A stretch of DNA of 64,000 nt from Ginglymostoma cirratum. Taxonomy: Eukaryota. Positions 27,342 through 40,300 of this stretch are shown one piece after another. The translations under genes were made by a program, and so were the position numbers. Where the stretch lies: positions 39,242,817 through 39,306,816 of the forward strand of contig JAHRHZ010000222.1 of the NCBI GenBank assembly GCA_024137785.1. Direction: 5' to 3'. The notes under the pieces are model-generated. The model saw only the letters and a list, made by a program, of their open reading frames with translations. It made no database searches and was not told where the DNA came from. Positions within the stretch are counted from its first letter, which is position 1. Each line of letters opens with the position of its first letter.

Positions 27342-30300
27342 TCCCCCACTTTCTAAGTACGGGAACATAGGTCTGTTCTTATTCTTGTAGCATCTCCTGC
27401 AAGATGGCAGCAGGGTAAGTTGCTCCATTCAGAGCTCCACTCTGCTTGCCAGTTCTCTTTCTTTCTTTGCCCTTCCCTTTTTTTTAACATCCCTTCCTCT
27501 CTCTCCCTCTGTAGGGAAGCTGGCAGCGACATGCAAGGGCTGGAAAGCCCGGAGTGGGACTGTGGCAGAGGCATGGCGAGAGCTGGTAAGCCCTGAGTGG
27601 GACTGTGGCAATGGAAAGGAAAGTTGGACTCTCTTGTTTTCATTTTTTTCTTATCTTATTCTAAGTTAATGTGAATGTATGTACCATGTATGTACAGTGA
27701 AGGTACACATTTTTCACTGTATTTTTACATTGAATACACGTGTCAATAAATGATTCAATTCAATTCAATCTCCTGGGGCATTTTCACCTCTTGCGCCCAA
27801 AACATCTTGAAGAAATTCATTCTCTTCTTCAGGTGGTAAAGGCATCGAGGCTGTGACACTCGCTGTGCCCATCTTAGACTCTGAGGCTTCTTCATTGCTA
27901 GATGGACGGGGGAGAACCTAAGGGTTCTGACAGCCTTTCTGGCAGTTCTGGAGAGCTAGGTATGCTTTGCTCCTGCCCCATTTTTGGGTTTGCAGCTTTC
28001 ATTTGCTCCACATGCTTGTTCAGGGCCGCCTCACCTACCTGAACTTTGTATATCACCGGACCTGACCTCATGTTGACCATGCCTCTTACCCATGCAGGGT
28101 CATATCCATGATTTTGGCACCAAATATCGCCCCCGATGTAAACTGTCTTTCTCGGTTAGAGGAGCATTGTGTCTGGCATCGGTGTTCCTGATGCCGTTTC
28201 ATCCTTCTACCCGGGTCCAGGAAGGTCAGATTTGACCTGGTGTGGAATCTTCTCCCCATTAGCAACTCTGCTGGAGCTATCCCTGTAGTTGCTTGTGGGA
28301 TGGCCGATAATCAAATAGGAACTGGGACAGTCTGGTATCTAGTGAAGTTGTGGGCTGCTTCTTTAGGCCTCCCTTCAAAATTTGGCTGCTCCTCCTGCCA
28401 GACCATTGGATGATGGATGGTATGGAGCTGTTCTTATATGTTGAATGCCATTCAACTTTAGGAAATACTTGAATTCCCTGCTGGTAAATGATGGCCTGCT
28501 GTATGTGACCAAGCATTCCAAGACGCTTATGGCTATTCCATTGTTGTCCCTATGTCTGACAAATGAATTCTGTGCACATGCAACCACTTTGAGTAGGCAT
28601 CCACAATTAATAAGAACATTGAGCCCATGAAAAGGCTTGCATTGTCAACGTGTTACTGAGTCTATGGTTTACCCAGCCATTCCCATGAATTTCGGGGAGC
28701 TGCTGGCAGTAACTTTTGTTCTTGTTGTCATTCTGGGTACTTCCTCACCAACAGGGCTATGTCTGCATCCAATCCTGGCCACCAAACATAACTTCTCACC
28801 AACATCTTCATTTTGCACAGCCTGGTGACCCGAGTGGATTTTAGCCACTATCTAGCAGCAACCTTTGCTTTGGACAATCATTCTTGCTCTCCATAATAAA
28901 ATGCTGTCCTCTACAGTGATCTGGTCTTGCTGGGTCCATAAAGGTTTCAATTCTGGTTGTGATGGCCCTTTTGTTTCCCCCATCACCATCAGCTGGGTTA
29001 GTTTTGCCAGGACTGAATCTTTTTGCATCCACAGTCTGATATTGAGAACGGTGACTGGAAGGGCGTCCAGAAAAATCTAAAATCTGATCTGACTCTTCAA
29101 ATGGCGGTACAATTCGTGGTGGATCTACCAGTGGGAGGTGGCTCCTGGCATCCAGATTTGCTACATGGCCTTCCTGACGGTGTTCCAACTTGTAATTGTA
29201 AACTCTTCGAATGAGAGCACACCACTGAATTTGACCTGAAGCTATGGGCAGCACGGCCTTGTCCTCTTTGAGTAGCCTTGACTTGGGTTTGTGGTTTGTT
29301 GTTATTACAAATTTACATCCATAAAGACATTGGTGGAACTTTTTCACACCAAAGCCTACTGCCAAACCTTACTTCTCTATCTGGGTGTATTTACACTCTG
29401 CATCAGCCAAAGTCTGGGAAGCATATACTATTCTGGTTCCTCTCCATTGGGCCATCTGTGAGCCAACACTACCCTGATACCGTACAGGGAGGCATCGCAT
29501 GTCAGCATGAGATCTTGCTTGGATCATAGTGTGCCAACACCTTAAATGATGATCGCTGCTTCAATTTCTGATGTGAGGGTGCCAGGATGGAGGCCAGGTT
29601 ACTTACGAACTTTCTGTAATAATTCATCAATCCAAGGAAAAACCTAAGTTCCAGTACAGACATGGGAGCCAAGACACCTTTCGTCATTCCCACTTTATCT
29701 TCCAACGGCTCTAATCCAGTCTTATGTAGCACAAGAAGGTCACTTGGCGTGCCTGGAACACACATCTTCCCTTTTAAGGCATACTCACACCTTGAAAAAA
29801 CACCTAAAGACTATGTTCATATTCTTTAAGTGCTCTTTATTGATTTTCCCTGCTATTAGCATGTCATCCAGATAAATGGTGACCTGGGGTAGACATTGTA
29901 GTATATTGTCCATCGTCCGCTGAATGTTAGCACAAACTGATGATACCCGAAATGGCAGTCTGGTATATTGGTACAAATTCTTACAGGTATTAATTACAGC
30001 ATATTTCTGGTAATCCTCATCTAATTGCAATTGCAGGTATATATGGCTCATGTCCAGCTTCTTGAAGTACAGTGACTCCCACCCCCCACCGCAGATTTGC
30101 ATATAGCCTTCTATGCAAAGGATTGGGTATTTATCCAGCTGCGTGAAATGGTTTACCATTTATTTAAAATCCCCACAAAGGCAAACTGACTCATTGGACT
30201 TCACAATTGCTACAACTAGTGCTGCCTATTCTGCAAGCTGGACTGGTTTGATGACTCCTTTGCTTTCTAGCCTCCTAGTTTCCATCTTTACATTTGCATG

Positions 30301-30482
30301 CAAAACAAACAACACTGTGCGGAATCATGGAATTACTTCCTGGTCAACATGCAAGGTGGCCTTGGCTCCTTTGATAGTCCCTAGAGCTTCCTGAGAAACC
30401 TCTGGGTATTTAATTCGGACTTCACTCAGACAGCCATTTTCTAATGAAACATGTTGAGGCAATCTAGGTGAATCTTTCTCAA

Positions 30483-31101
30483 TACAGTGTGGAGCTGGAG
30501 GAACACAGCAGGTCAGGCAGCATCAGAGGAGCAGGAGAGTCAAAGTTTTGGGCCGGGACCCTTCATCAGTCCCAAAATGTGAACCCTCCTGCTCCTCTGA
30601 TGCTGCCTGACCTGCTGTGTTCCTCCAGNNNNNNNNNNNNNNNNNNNNNNNNNNNNNNNNNNNNNNNNNNNNNNNNNNNNNNNNNNNNNNNNNNNNNNNN
30701 NNNNNNNNNNNNNNNNNNNNNNNNNNNNNNNNNNNNNNNNNNNNNNNNNNNNNNNNNNNNNNNNNNNNNNNNNNNNNNNNNNNNNNNNNNNNNNNNNNNN
30801 NNNNNNNNNNNNNNNNNNNNNNNNNNNNNNNNNNNNNNNNNNNNNNNNNNNNNNNNNNNNNNNNNNNNNNNNNNNNNNNNNNNNNNNNNNNNNNNNNNNN
30901 NNNNNNNNNNNNNNNNNNNNNNNNNNNNNNNNNNNNNNNNNNNNNNNNNNNNNNNNNNNNNNNNNNNNNNNNNNNNNNNNNNNNNNNNNNNNNNNNNNNN
31001 NNNNNNNNNNNNNNNNNNNNNNNNNNNNGGCCTGCTGTGTTCATCCAGCTCTACACCTTGTTATCTCAGATTCTCCAGCATCGGCAGTTCCTACTATCTC
31101 T
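30483..31101. mobile_element. Penelope-type terminal repeats in inverted orientation, nested in the Gypsy element (spans a gap)
   Basis: 30495-30551 and 30571-30628 are reverse complements, and a further terminal copy lies at 31029-31101. Same repeat family as the ends of 36360-37335. Confidence 0.75.
30629..31028. other. Assembly gap (N run)
   Basis: 400 consecutive N. Confidence 1.
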
Positions 31102-32061
31102 GTAACAATTTACTTTGCTTGGCTCTGATTTGGATGTTGTTAAAAATATAACTGTTCCATGCCCGATGTAGGTGGGCTTTCTAGGGTGTGCACTCTCCTG
31201 GGTAGCAACCTGTGAGTTCTCACACTCAATTCGGGCCTAGTCGCACTCTTTTGTTGCCTCGAGTCAGCACACCGGCAGCAACTACAATGGCCTAGATCCC
31301 AAAGAAAATGTTAATCATTTGGCCAAGGCTTGGCTTTGTTTTGGGGTTTTGCTGTGGGCTGACCTAGAGTTCCTCTGTGCAGGATATGCAATTACCTTCA
31401 CTCAACTGGTGTTCCCCCAAGGTCAGTAGGACTGGACAGTGTCCACTTCCATCGGCACACCCTGTAAATCATTTGCTCAATTTACTGCATTTTCTAATGA
31501 CAAAACCAGTTGTACTACCTGTTTGAATTCCAGTTGGGCTTCAGTTAGTAAACAGTTGTACATGTTTACTTCATTAATCCCACATACCAAACAGTCTCTC
31601 AGCATCTCATTGAGGGATAAACCAAAGTTACATGCCTCTGCCAATTGTCTTAACCTTGACAAAAATCCCAGCATGGTTTCCCCTGGTTCTCGAACTGCTG
31701 AGTAAAACCGATAGCATCTCAGAATTAGATGAGGTTTGGGTCATAATATTCCTTAACTAAGTATGTCAACTCTTGAAAGCTTTTAGAATCTGGTGTCTCA
31801 AGAAATGTCAGGTTCCTAATAACCAAAAAAGCTGCAGGTCCACAAGCTTTCAGGAGAGGTACTCATTGCTTTTCATCTGCCCTGATGTCATTTTCCCAGA
31901 AAAAATAATGCATTTTTTCCACACATTGGGCTTAGTCTTCAATGGCAGGATTGAATGAGTCAAGCTTCCCAAATCATGATGTCAGAAATGCTTACCCCAA
32001 CTCAAAGAGGCCTATGGCACATAAATTTCCTCAGGAACGAATTTTTTTCTCTCGATGCCAC

Positions 32062-32296
32062 AGAAATAACTCCACAGAGGCCGGTATTCCATGAACAAGT
32101 CACCCTTTATTTACACGTGCATTGTATTTGACACTGGTCTGGCTTCTCCAGAGCCAGCTCTCAGTGTGCACAGAACCTCTGAAACACCTGTTTACATCTT
32201 TCATCCAGGCTCCCTTATTGGTCCAGATTAACAGCCCCAGTCAGGAATCCCATATTCCATGAGGTCCATCTGGCCAACCTCATTGGATTCACTGCA
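32062..32296 (-). repeat. 5' LTR, followed by the primer-binding site TGGCATCGAG (32060-32051)
   Basis: Homologous to 27106-27341. The PBS resembles TGGCGACGAG, complementary to the 3' end of tRNA-Ser(GCT). Confidence 0.88.
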
Positions 32297-32309
32297 ATAA
32301 CAACGACTT

Positions 32310-33300
32310 GTATTATATAGTTCCATTTAACACAAGAAAATGTCTCCTATATTTTCACAGGAATATTAGAAAATAATAATTAGCACTGAGTCACATGCAA
32401 CAGTATTTCAGGAGAAAATCAGAAGTGTGGTCAAAGGGAAGGTGTTAAAAAGTGTCCAGAAGAAGAAAAGAGAAGGAGGGGTATAGGGATGTTGAGCAGA
32501 GAGAGTGATATCTTTACAGGTACAGCTGCCAGTGATGGATTGATTCAAGTCAGGATGCTCAAGAATTAGAATACAACTATATAGGAGGGTCTTGGAGTCA
32601 TGATGGCACAGGAAAAGTCATTCCATCCATTGATTATGTGCTGGCTGTCTGTACAGAAATCCAGTCATTTCTGTTCCCTTGCTCCATCTTTGTACCCGTG
32701 CATGTAACCCTGTAATTACCCATCCAATTTCCTTTTGAAGACATTCATTGTGTTTGCTTTCAGCACTCTCAAAGACAGTGAGTTCCTGATCATTACTTTA
32801 TTGCTGTAGGAGATATAGGAATCGGGTAAATTGAGTTCATAGAGGAAATTGAAAATATTTGTGAGAATGGTTAAAGTTTAGGTATTGCTTAAGAGGAGGC
32901 AAATAAAGACCAGCATTACAAAAGTGATGGCTTAATTAGAATTGATATAAGTTAAGACAAGGCCAGCCCAGAATTTTGGATGACTTCAAGTTTATAGAGG
33001 TGAGAATGTGGGAGGCCATGAATACTTTGGATTACTCAAGTCTAGAGTGACAAAGTCATGGATGAAAGGCTCAGCAGCAAATGTGGTGAGCTGGGCTGAC
33101 AAAAGGAAATGTTCCAGAGGTGGAAACAGGCAGGTGTAATAGGTTGTTGCTCACCTCAGGGTCAAATAAGGCACCAAGGCTGCAAATGGTTAGTTTCAGC
33201 TTTAGCTTCCACCGAAAGGGTGCAATCAGTGGCAAAAAAATGAATTTAATGATGGAAACCAAATACAATGGCTTTAGTCTTCAAATATTTAGTGATCAGC
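32310..33300 (-). mobile_element. Old L2-type LINE remnant with a nested CR1 tail (about 32595-32795)
   Basis: ORF 33071-33268 contains ICSLGALFDPE (L2 NLGVxFDxxL). 33040-33062 on the minus strand reads HDFVTLDLSNP, an SRLDYCN-like region. Confidence 0.5.
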
Positions 33301-35869
33301 TATGTTGGCACTCTGTCATGGCAAATGTGAATTCAGATCATAGGGCCATAATGGTGTTATGAAACCACTTTTCTGTATTTATTTTTCTAGCTAACTTTCT
33401 CCCACTCCAACTCTTCCGAGTTATCCACTTGTCACTGGGATATGGTTCTATGGGCACAAGTTTGTCTGTAGTATTTTCCTAGATAGTCCCTGTCATGCCT
33501 TGTCCTTTTTTCATTCCTTGGTTGATTTGTTCAGGTAGATGAATCTTTTTAATTTGTTTTGCGTGCTTGAGTATATGAGATAACTTAAAAGGACTGACTT
33601 TTGCACGGCCTGTGCGGGGATTTTGAGGTTGCTACACAGCTGCATGACTGTACAATTTACAGGGAACATTGTAGAGGATCATGGCATCATTGTAGTCTAG
33701 TCTGGTCCCATTTCTTCCTCATCCACCATTCACATACATTCAATTTCAGCAGGTTATAGATTAAGTACTTTGAAATCAACCAATAGTTTTTGGGACTGCT
33801 AATGCTCCCAGGTCAGATAAACCACAAATCATTTTTTTTTGGTTCATTTAATCACTTGATAAATCTGACCAGCCCTCAGTAGAGCCCAAAAGGCTTTCTG
33901 TATAAGTGAGAAACTTTGCATTTAGGAATGATTTTGAACAATAAAGTGTGGAATTAGTACAAGTACAGACTTTTCTACTTATTAATACACAGTAAATTAA
34001 ATGGAATAAGTAGTGCCATGTCTTATATCTTTGAACAGCTTCTACAGTAATAAATGATGCAATTCAATCTTGATTGTCTTGAAAAGAAAAGTCAGGCCTT
34101 ATGCTGTCCTATTGTATTTTAAGCACATGCCTTTGCCTGCGGGTGCAATGTAGTTTATATATTCCATAAAGGTACAACAAGTGTATTGAATTTACACTGA
34201 GAGTAAGCAGTAACTTGATACTTCTGATTATTCAAAACAAGCTGGTTGAGCCATATAGCCATTTCTTGATCACTGTGATGTTATTCTTAACTGACAAACA
34301 ATGAAGTTAACCATGAATTATTGAGAGGAATGCTCAAAACTAGAGTAACTCCTTAACCTACTGAATTGTTACTTTCTGGCCTATTTAACTTGTAAGATAT
34401 ATAGAATTTTGATGCATTTTTCATATTGTGTTTAGAAAGCCTTCTAGTCATTGCCATGTTATCAGATGATGTGTCTGGTTTTTGTTTAAAGAACTCAAAG
34501 CTGGGTTGCTATGTACAGGATGTGTGGGATGTCTTTATACAAATAAAAGAACATTGTAACAGCAAACAAGCATTGTAATGTCAAAAAAGGTAGAAACTTC
34601 ACTCCACCATAGGTATTAGTGATACAAAAATCTGAATAGCAGATCTTCTTGACATTGTATTCACACACATGAAACGTATACTGTCATCTTGCACCTCACG
34701 CTTGGGAAGGCCTAGATGGGATGTATTGTTTGTGAAGCAACTTCTAACTGTTTTCTATTGCAATGCGACAATCCAAACAATAACATGTTTGAATGCCAGT
34801 GTGATTAAATAAACCTCATATCTGTGGCTGGTCAGCTGCTAGTGTGAAGCTGCCAGAATAAAAAGGCTATGAGGATATAATCATGACTATCTAAAACATT
34901 TTACAATGTACTAATTTTGGAGCACTATGAGACTCCCCTATAAATGTGCAGCACTTTATTAATTCTGTCATCAGTAGTCCTGCTAAGTTTATTGAAGGAA
35001 CATCCATAAATTATGTTGATATGAATATGAAAATATTAGCATTATATATCGAGGAGCAGCTATGTTATAATGATACAATTTCAGGAACACTTTTAATAAT
35101 GGAATTCAACATGACAGACCAGGGTAAACATATTAATTGCAGAGTATACTGCATAATATGTACTCACTGATTTTGTTAATTCTTTTCTTATATATCGTTG
35201 TGCCATTTCATCCAAATACTCCATTCAATTGCTCAATGGATGACGCTGCATTTCCTCACAACCATGTCAGCCTTTACTGTGCCAGCACAAGCTTGCTGAA
35301 GACATAACATTTGCATCTCTGGACCATAGCCGAAATCCACCAGCATTTGGTGGCTTGGGAAAGTGGCTTACACCTATTAGACAAAGCAAACTCTCACTTT
35401 ACGTTAATATAGAAAACAACAATGCCACTTAAAAGCCTAATGAATATTTATTTACTGACGAATGTTTCAGTGAAAGTCTCATCAATGAGTACAATCTCAT
35501 AGGTTGGATCTTCCACATGTGCAATACTACTCAATGGAATAACACTGCCAATCAATCAAACACCAAAATTTGATCACATACCTTGAATCCAAGGGAAAAT
35601 ATTAATTATTGAATGGACAGCTCTTTCTAATTGAACACTTTGAAATTCTGTTTTGGGGAGATTTACAAGTCGGTATTTATGATGCCCCATTGTTTACAAT
35701 TGAGTTTTATTTTGCTACATCCTTCAGGAAGCTAAAGGATAAGTTCAAGTAAAGTGACTTTCAAGTTCACTTACCTTGCTATATTCAATACTCATAAAGA
35801 ACTCTACAGCATATTTTCACCATTACAATGTGTGTGTGCATGAGGGCCACCTGTTGGTTTGACCAGAAA

Positions 35870-36275
35870 GAAACAACTTACAATTGTCTAGCACCTTTCA
35901 CAACCTTAGTATCAAAGTGTTATACAATCTTTTTTAATGTGTTAACTTATGCAATGACAGAAGCATGGCAGCCAACGTGTGCACAGAAAAATCCTGCAGC
36001 TAGCAACTAGATAACTGGACCAACTATTTTATGTGCTGAATGTTGGCTAGCACATTGCAAGAACTCAGTTGGTCTTCTTCAAAGAATGTTGTATGATCTT
36101 TGCATACACCTGAAAAAACTGATAAGCCTCAGTTTAAAGTGTCATTCAACTGAAGTACTCCTCAATAATACACTGAGTGCCAGGCTTAGATTATACGATC
36201 AAACATTTTAGAGTAGAGCTTGAACCTAAGACCTTTTGATCCGTAGGTAAGAGTGCCACAACAGTGCCAAGACTG
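35870..36275 (-). mobile_element. Degenerate SacSINE1/DeuSINE-type SINE
   Basis: Head GTGGCACTCTTACCTACGGATCAAAAGGTCTTAGGTTCAAGCTCTACTCT and colinear similarity to 14473-15035. Confidence 0.55.
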
Positions 36276-36359
36276 ATACTTACTGGATAGTCTGATTTTT
36301 AAATATATCCAGAAATTTCTAAACTTGTAAGTCAACAAAGCAGCGCTTTCATTTTCAAA

Positions 36360-37335
36360 ACAGTGTGGAGCTGGAGGAACACAGCAGGCCAGGCAGCATC
36401 AAAGGAGCAGGAAAGTTGACATTTTAGGTTGGGACACTTCTTCAGAAATGGGGGAGGGGGAAGGGAGCTGGGAAATAAATAGAGAGAGGAGGGTGGGCCT
36501 GGGGAAGGTAGGTCGGATGGTAATAGGTGAATGCAGGTAGGGAATGGTGGGGATTGGTCAATGAGGTGGGAGGAGCGGATAGGTGGGAGAAAAGATGGAC
36601 AGGTTGTGTCAGGACAAGGAGGTGGGGATGAGAGGGAAGGTTGGATGTGGATGACGGTGGGAGTGGGGAGATTTTAAAACTGGTGAATTCCATGTTTAGG
36701 CCTACAGGCTGCAGGCTCCGAGGCGGAATATGAAGTGTTGCTCCTCCAGTTTGTGGGTGGTCATGGTGTCAACTTGGTCTACTGTATCCGCTGCTCCCGA
36801 TGTGGCTTCCTGTACATCAGTGAGACCAGCGTAGACTCGGAGACCATTTTGTAAAGCATTTGCGCTCTGTACATGACAAACAACACCTTCCAGTCACCAA
36901 CCATTTTAACTCCGCCTCCCACTCCCTGGGTGATATGTCCATCCCTGGCCTCCTCCAGTGTCACAATGACACCACCAGCTAACTGGAGGAGCAATACCTA
37001 ATATTCTGCCTTGGGAGCCCAATGGCCTAAACGTGGAATTCAACACTTTTAAAATCTCCCCACCCCCCACCTCATCCCATGTCCAACCCTTCCTTTTATC
37101 CCCACCTCCTTGATCTGACACAACCTGCACTCACCTATCACCATCCTACCTACCTTCCCCAGCCTCACCCCTCCTGTCTCTATTTATTAGCCAGCTCCCC
37201 ACCCCCTCCCCATTCCTGAAGGAGGGTCCCAATCAGAAACGTCAACTTTCCTGCTCCTCTGATGCTGCCTGGCCTGCTGTGTTCCTCTAGCTCCATACTG
37301 TGTTGTCTCTGACTCCAACATCTGCAGTTCATGCT
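36360..37335 (+). mobile_element. 5'-truncated Penelope element with an inverted 3' duplicate (palindromic arrangement)
   Basis: 36778-36910 encodes VYCIRCSRCGFLYISET..RLGDHFVKHLRSVHDKQHLPVTNHFNS (GIY-YIG endonuclease). 36360-about 36750 is the reverse complement of about 36975-37302. Confidence 0.85.
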
Positions 37336-40300
37336 TTGAGGGATTTCATTTTCCATTTGTTTATGTGTCATATATTTTGAATCACAAATCAATGGACATT
37401 TTCAACTGCAGCAAAGGAACCTTGCAATTACAGCCAATCATACCGCCTTACCAGGACTTCGACAATCCCCCCAAACACTGATTTTGCATCCCTTGAGTCC
37501 ATGTGCATAACCTTTGACAATGTGTCTTCAGCTCTGATGAAGCTTGGGAAGGTGAGTGAAGTTTGCAAGAAGTCATAAACAAACAACTTGTAAATAAGCT
37601 GACACAAAGATCCCCGGCTTTGAACTTCTTTGAAGCAACTTTAGACTATATCCGTATAAAGCTTGACAGATATGAAAGCACAAGGGGAAAATTAAAACCA
37701 GTGTTCACCCAGAATAGACCATGGACCATATAAGGACCTAATGCCTAGTGTTCACAATTATGAAAGAGTCGTTATAGCAATACACTCATTGCTCCTCACT
37801 CAATTATCTGGTTTAGCGGCCTGAAGTACAATTATAATCGTAGTCCTACATCTACAATAACCATGACAGGGATTATAGGGTTATCATTTGGTTAAGGGTT
37901 CAACTCATTTCAAACTGAGAATGAAGTCTGGAGCATTTTATTTTAATCATTCCCGTGTAGCCATTATGATTCAGAAGCTGCTATGCAATATTATCTTTAA
38001 CAAGTACAAATCTTGTCCCTGGAATCGTCACTGAAGTCTCAAATGCTTTACAGCACCATTCCATTCTCACAGGAATTTAACTTAATGTTCACTATTTGGA
38101 CTGCAACATCAGAATTGGACCACAGACGTGGTCTTGCTTTTTGGAATCCCTAAAAAGGAACGATTGAAGGTAAACTTATTCGTGAACTCTTGTCGACATT
38201 TTTTAAAAAAATAGATAGTATCCTCACCTCCAACCAATCAGAAACCCCAGTTGTGGCAGGGTTAATTTCTTCCTGTTAACTCACACTGTGCAGCCTGCAT
38301 ATTGGTTCCTCTGCCTCCGAAACAGAGACATCTAACTTCTGGCGGGAGAGGCGGCAAAATCGTATGTTACCGAATGCTCCCAATAAACAAAAGACATAAA
38401 ATCTGAAAAAATATATGTACTTGGAAGAAACAAGACTCTACGGACATTCCGAAACTTTTACTCCCCTTTATAGACTGATGCCAAACAATTGGTCATGACA
38501 TACCCCAAGTACGAGAAACATTATGCGCAGAACCTCTGGGCATGCCCTTTTAAGCTGATCTCTTTCTCTGAGTATAAAACAGTGGCTCAGAGGCCTGGCA
38601 GCCCAATGCTTCTAGGAGTACATACCACTCCAAGTATTCCAACCAAGCCAGAAACCTATTAGCATACTGAAAAAAAAGATTTTAAATTATTTCCATCAGC
38701 AGTTCGACTCCCGCCTGACTTGCCAAAGCGATACATACAAGATGTGGTTGTGAACTAACAGAACTGGTGCAAATGTCTGCAATATGTTTAGCATTCGAGA
38801 AATGTGAAAACAAACGTATCCAAGGCTCCTGCACGCGATCTGAAGCGGTGATCTAGATTTTCAGCGCAATGGTTAACTGGGGTACACATCCCCCCCACCC
38901 AACCCGCTCTCAGATGTAAGGTTCCGGTTGCCCAGAAGGTGTGTAGTTACCTGGGGGATATAGCACAGCAACTGCCGCATCTGCCCGTTTCGCCTCAATT
39001 TCCCCCATTACCCTGAAACACCAGTACGGTTGTGCCGCCCGGAGAATTTCTCATTTTGAAAAAGAAATATACAATCTGTAATATGATCGTGATTTTTTTT
39101 CTCGGCAAAACTGTATCTCGCAGTACATGTTAGGTGACTTTCAATGTGCAAAGTTTGAGGTATTGAGGAATCTATTAAAAGACAATAAATCAAATTGTTG
39201 TTTTTAATCGATCGCAAAATTTCATTGAAAGTAAAACAAAAGTGGCTGGTATTAAAACATTGTTTTAAAAAGTTACTGGAAAGCTCAGGCTGTTTCGGGA
39301 GCACCGTGTTCAAAAAGCTTAAGGCGCTAAATTATCTAACTGTGGCGAAATACAACATATTGAAATGATATGGCGGCTGAATCTTTCCAGCTCGGTGTTT
39401 TAAGTTCTAGGGTCTTGCTGCAAAAGTTTGAACTGGTTAACTCCTGAGCAACTAGCGAATTTGAACACAAGCTCTACACCTTGTCATCTGCAGTTCCTAA
39501 TATCTCAGAGAATTTGAACTGGTTCGATTGGTGTCCGCTGTTAAAAGTCCTATTGATTTCGACCTGCTCTTGAAATCCGTGTGTTTTTATTAAATCCTTC
39601 ATCAAGTAAACTGGTGAAAAACTGAGGAAAAGTTAAAAAATAAACGATTGTATCAATCAGTGTCAGACCAAGCAGAGATGATTTATGAATATGCGTAATG
39701 ACTTCACTTTTGAACGGGAGTAGTGGGCTGATAATTGATTAGACAGGAAAGGGGCTGACTGAAAGAAAGGGATAGGAGTGGTAAACAGGGGAGGGGAGAT
39801 GCGGAGAGTCTGAAATAGAACTTTGCCGAATTATGAAAGAATCATCATGCTCAAAAATGCGATGCATAGACAGAATGACAGAGACAGTAAATGCCCGAGT
39901 CAAGCCTAGCTAAGTCTAAGCTTCCAGATAACCACTTCCTTGATTTGCAAACAGTTCCCCAATATATTCTGCAACGTCTTTAATAAAAGAACTGAAGCAC
40001 AAGTAATGTAAATTCTGATTTCTCTGATGTGTAACGATTCATTTGCCTGTAAGGAGTTGAGTGTTGTCGAAACGAACTTGTGAGCAGTTACTCAAGTTAG
40101 CCGGAGAGGAAATAGAAAGTGCAAATAAAGCACAGAATGTATCAGGGGTGATGCCGCAAGTCTGTGAAACTTTCTGTCCTGCTCAGAGGTGTTTCAAGAG
40201 ACAGAGCCGAGTCATCGTCAATACCTAAAACCTCATCTGGCAAACTGTCCAAAACTCAAGTCCTATTCGTACATTTACATTAGTTAACCTGTGATAAAGT

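Larger units (their letters stand above)
27106..32296 (-). mobile_element. Decayed Ty3/Gypsy (probably Mag-group) LTR retrotransposon with both LTRs
   Basis: Two LTRs and a 5-bp TSD ATAAC (27101-27105, 32297-32301). Gag: FLSRLRQLAEACNFGLSLNEMLRDCLVCGIN (31477-31674). RT: LYQYTRLPFRVSS..YLDD (29785-30159). RNase H: FGVKKFHQCLYGCKFVITTNHKP (about 29280-29365). Integrase: FLKLNGIQHIRTAPYHPSSNGLA (about 28380-28500). Order RT-RH-IN. Many stops and frameshifts. Confidence 0.93.

Noticed and set aside
30468-31151. Long ORFs spanning the N run
   Set aside because: Artefacts of translating an assembly gap.
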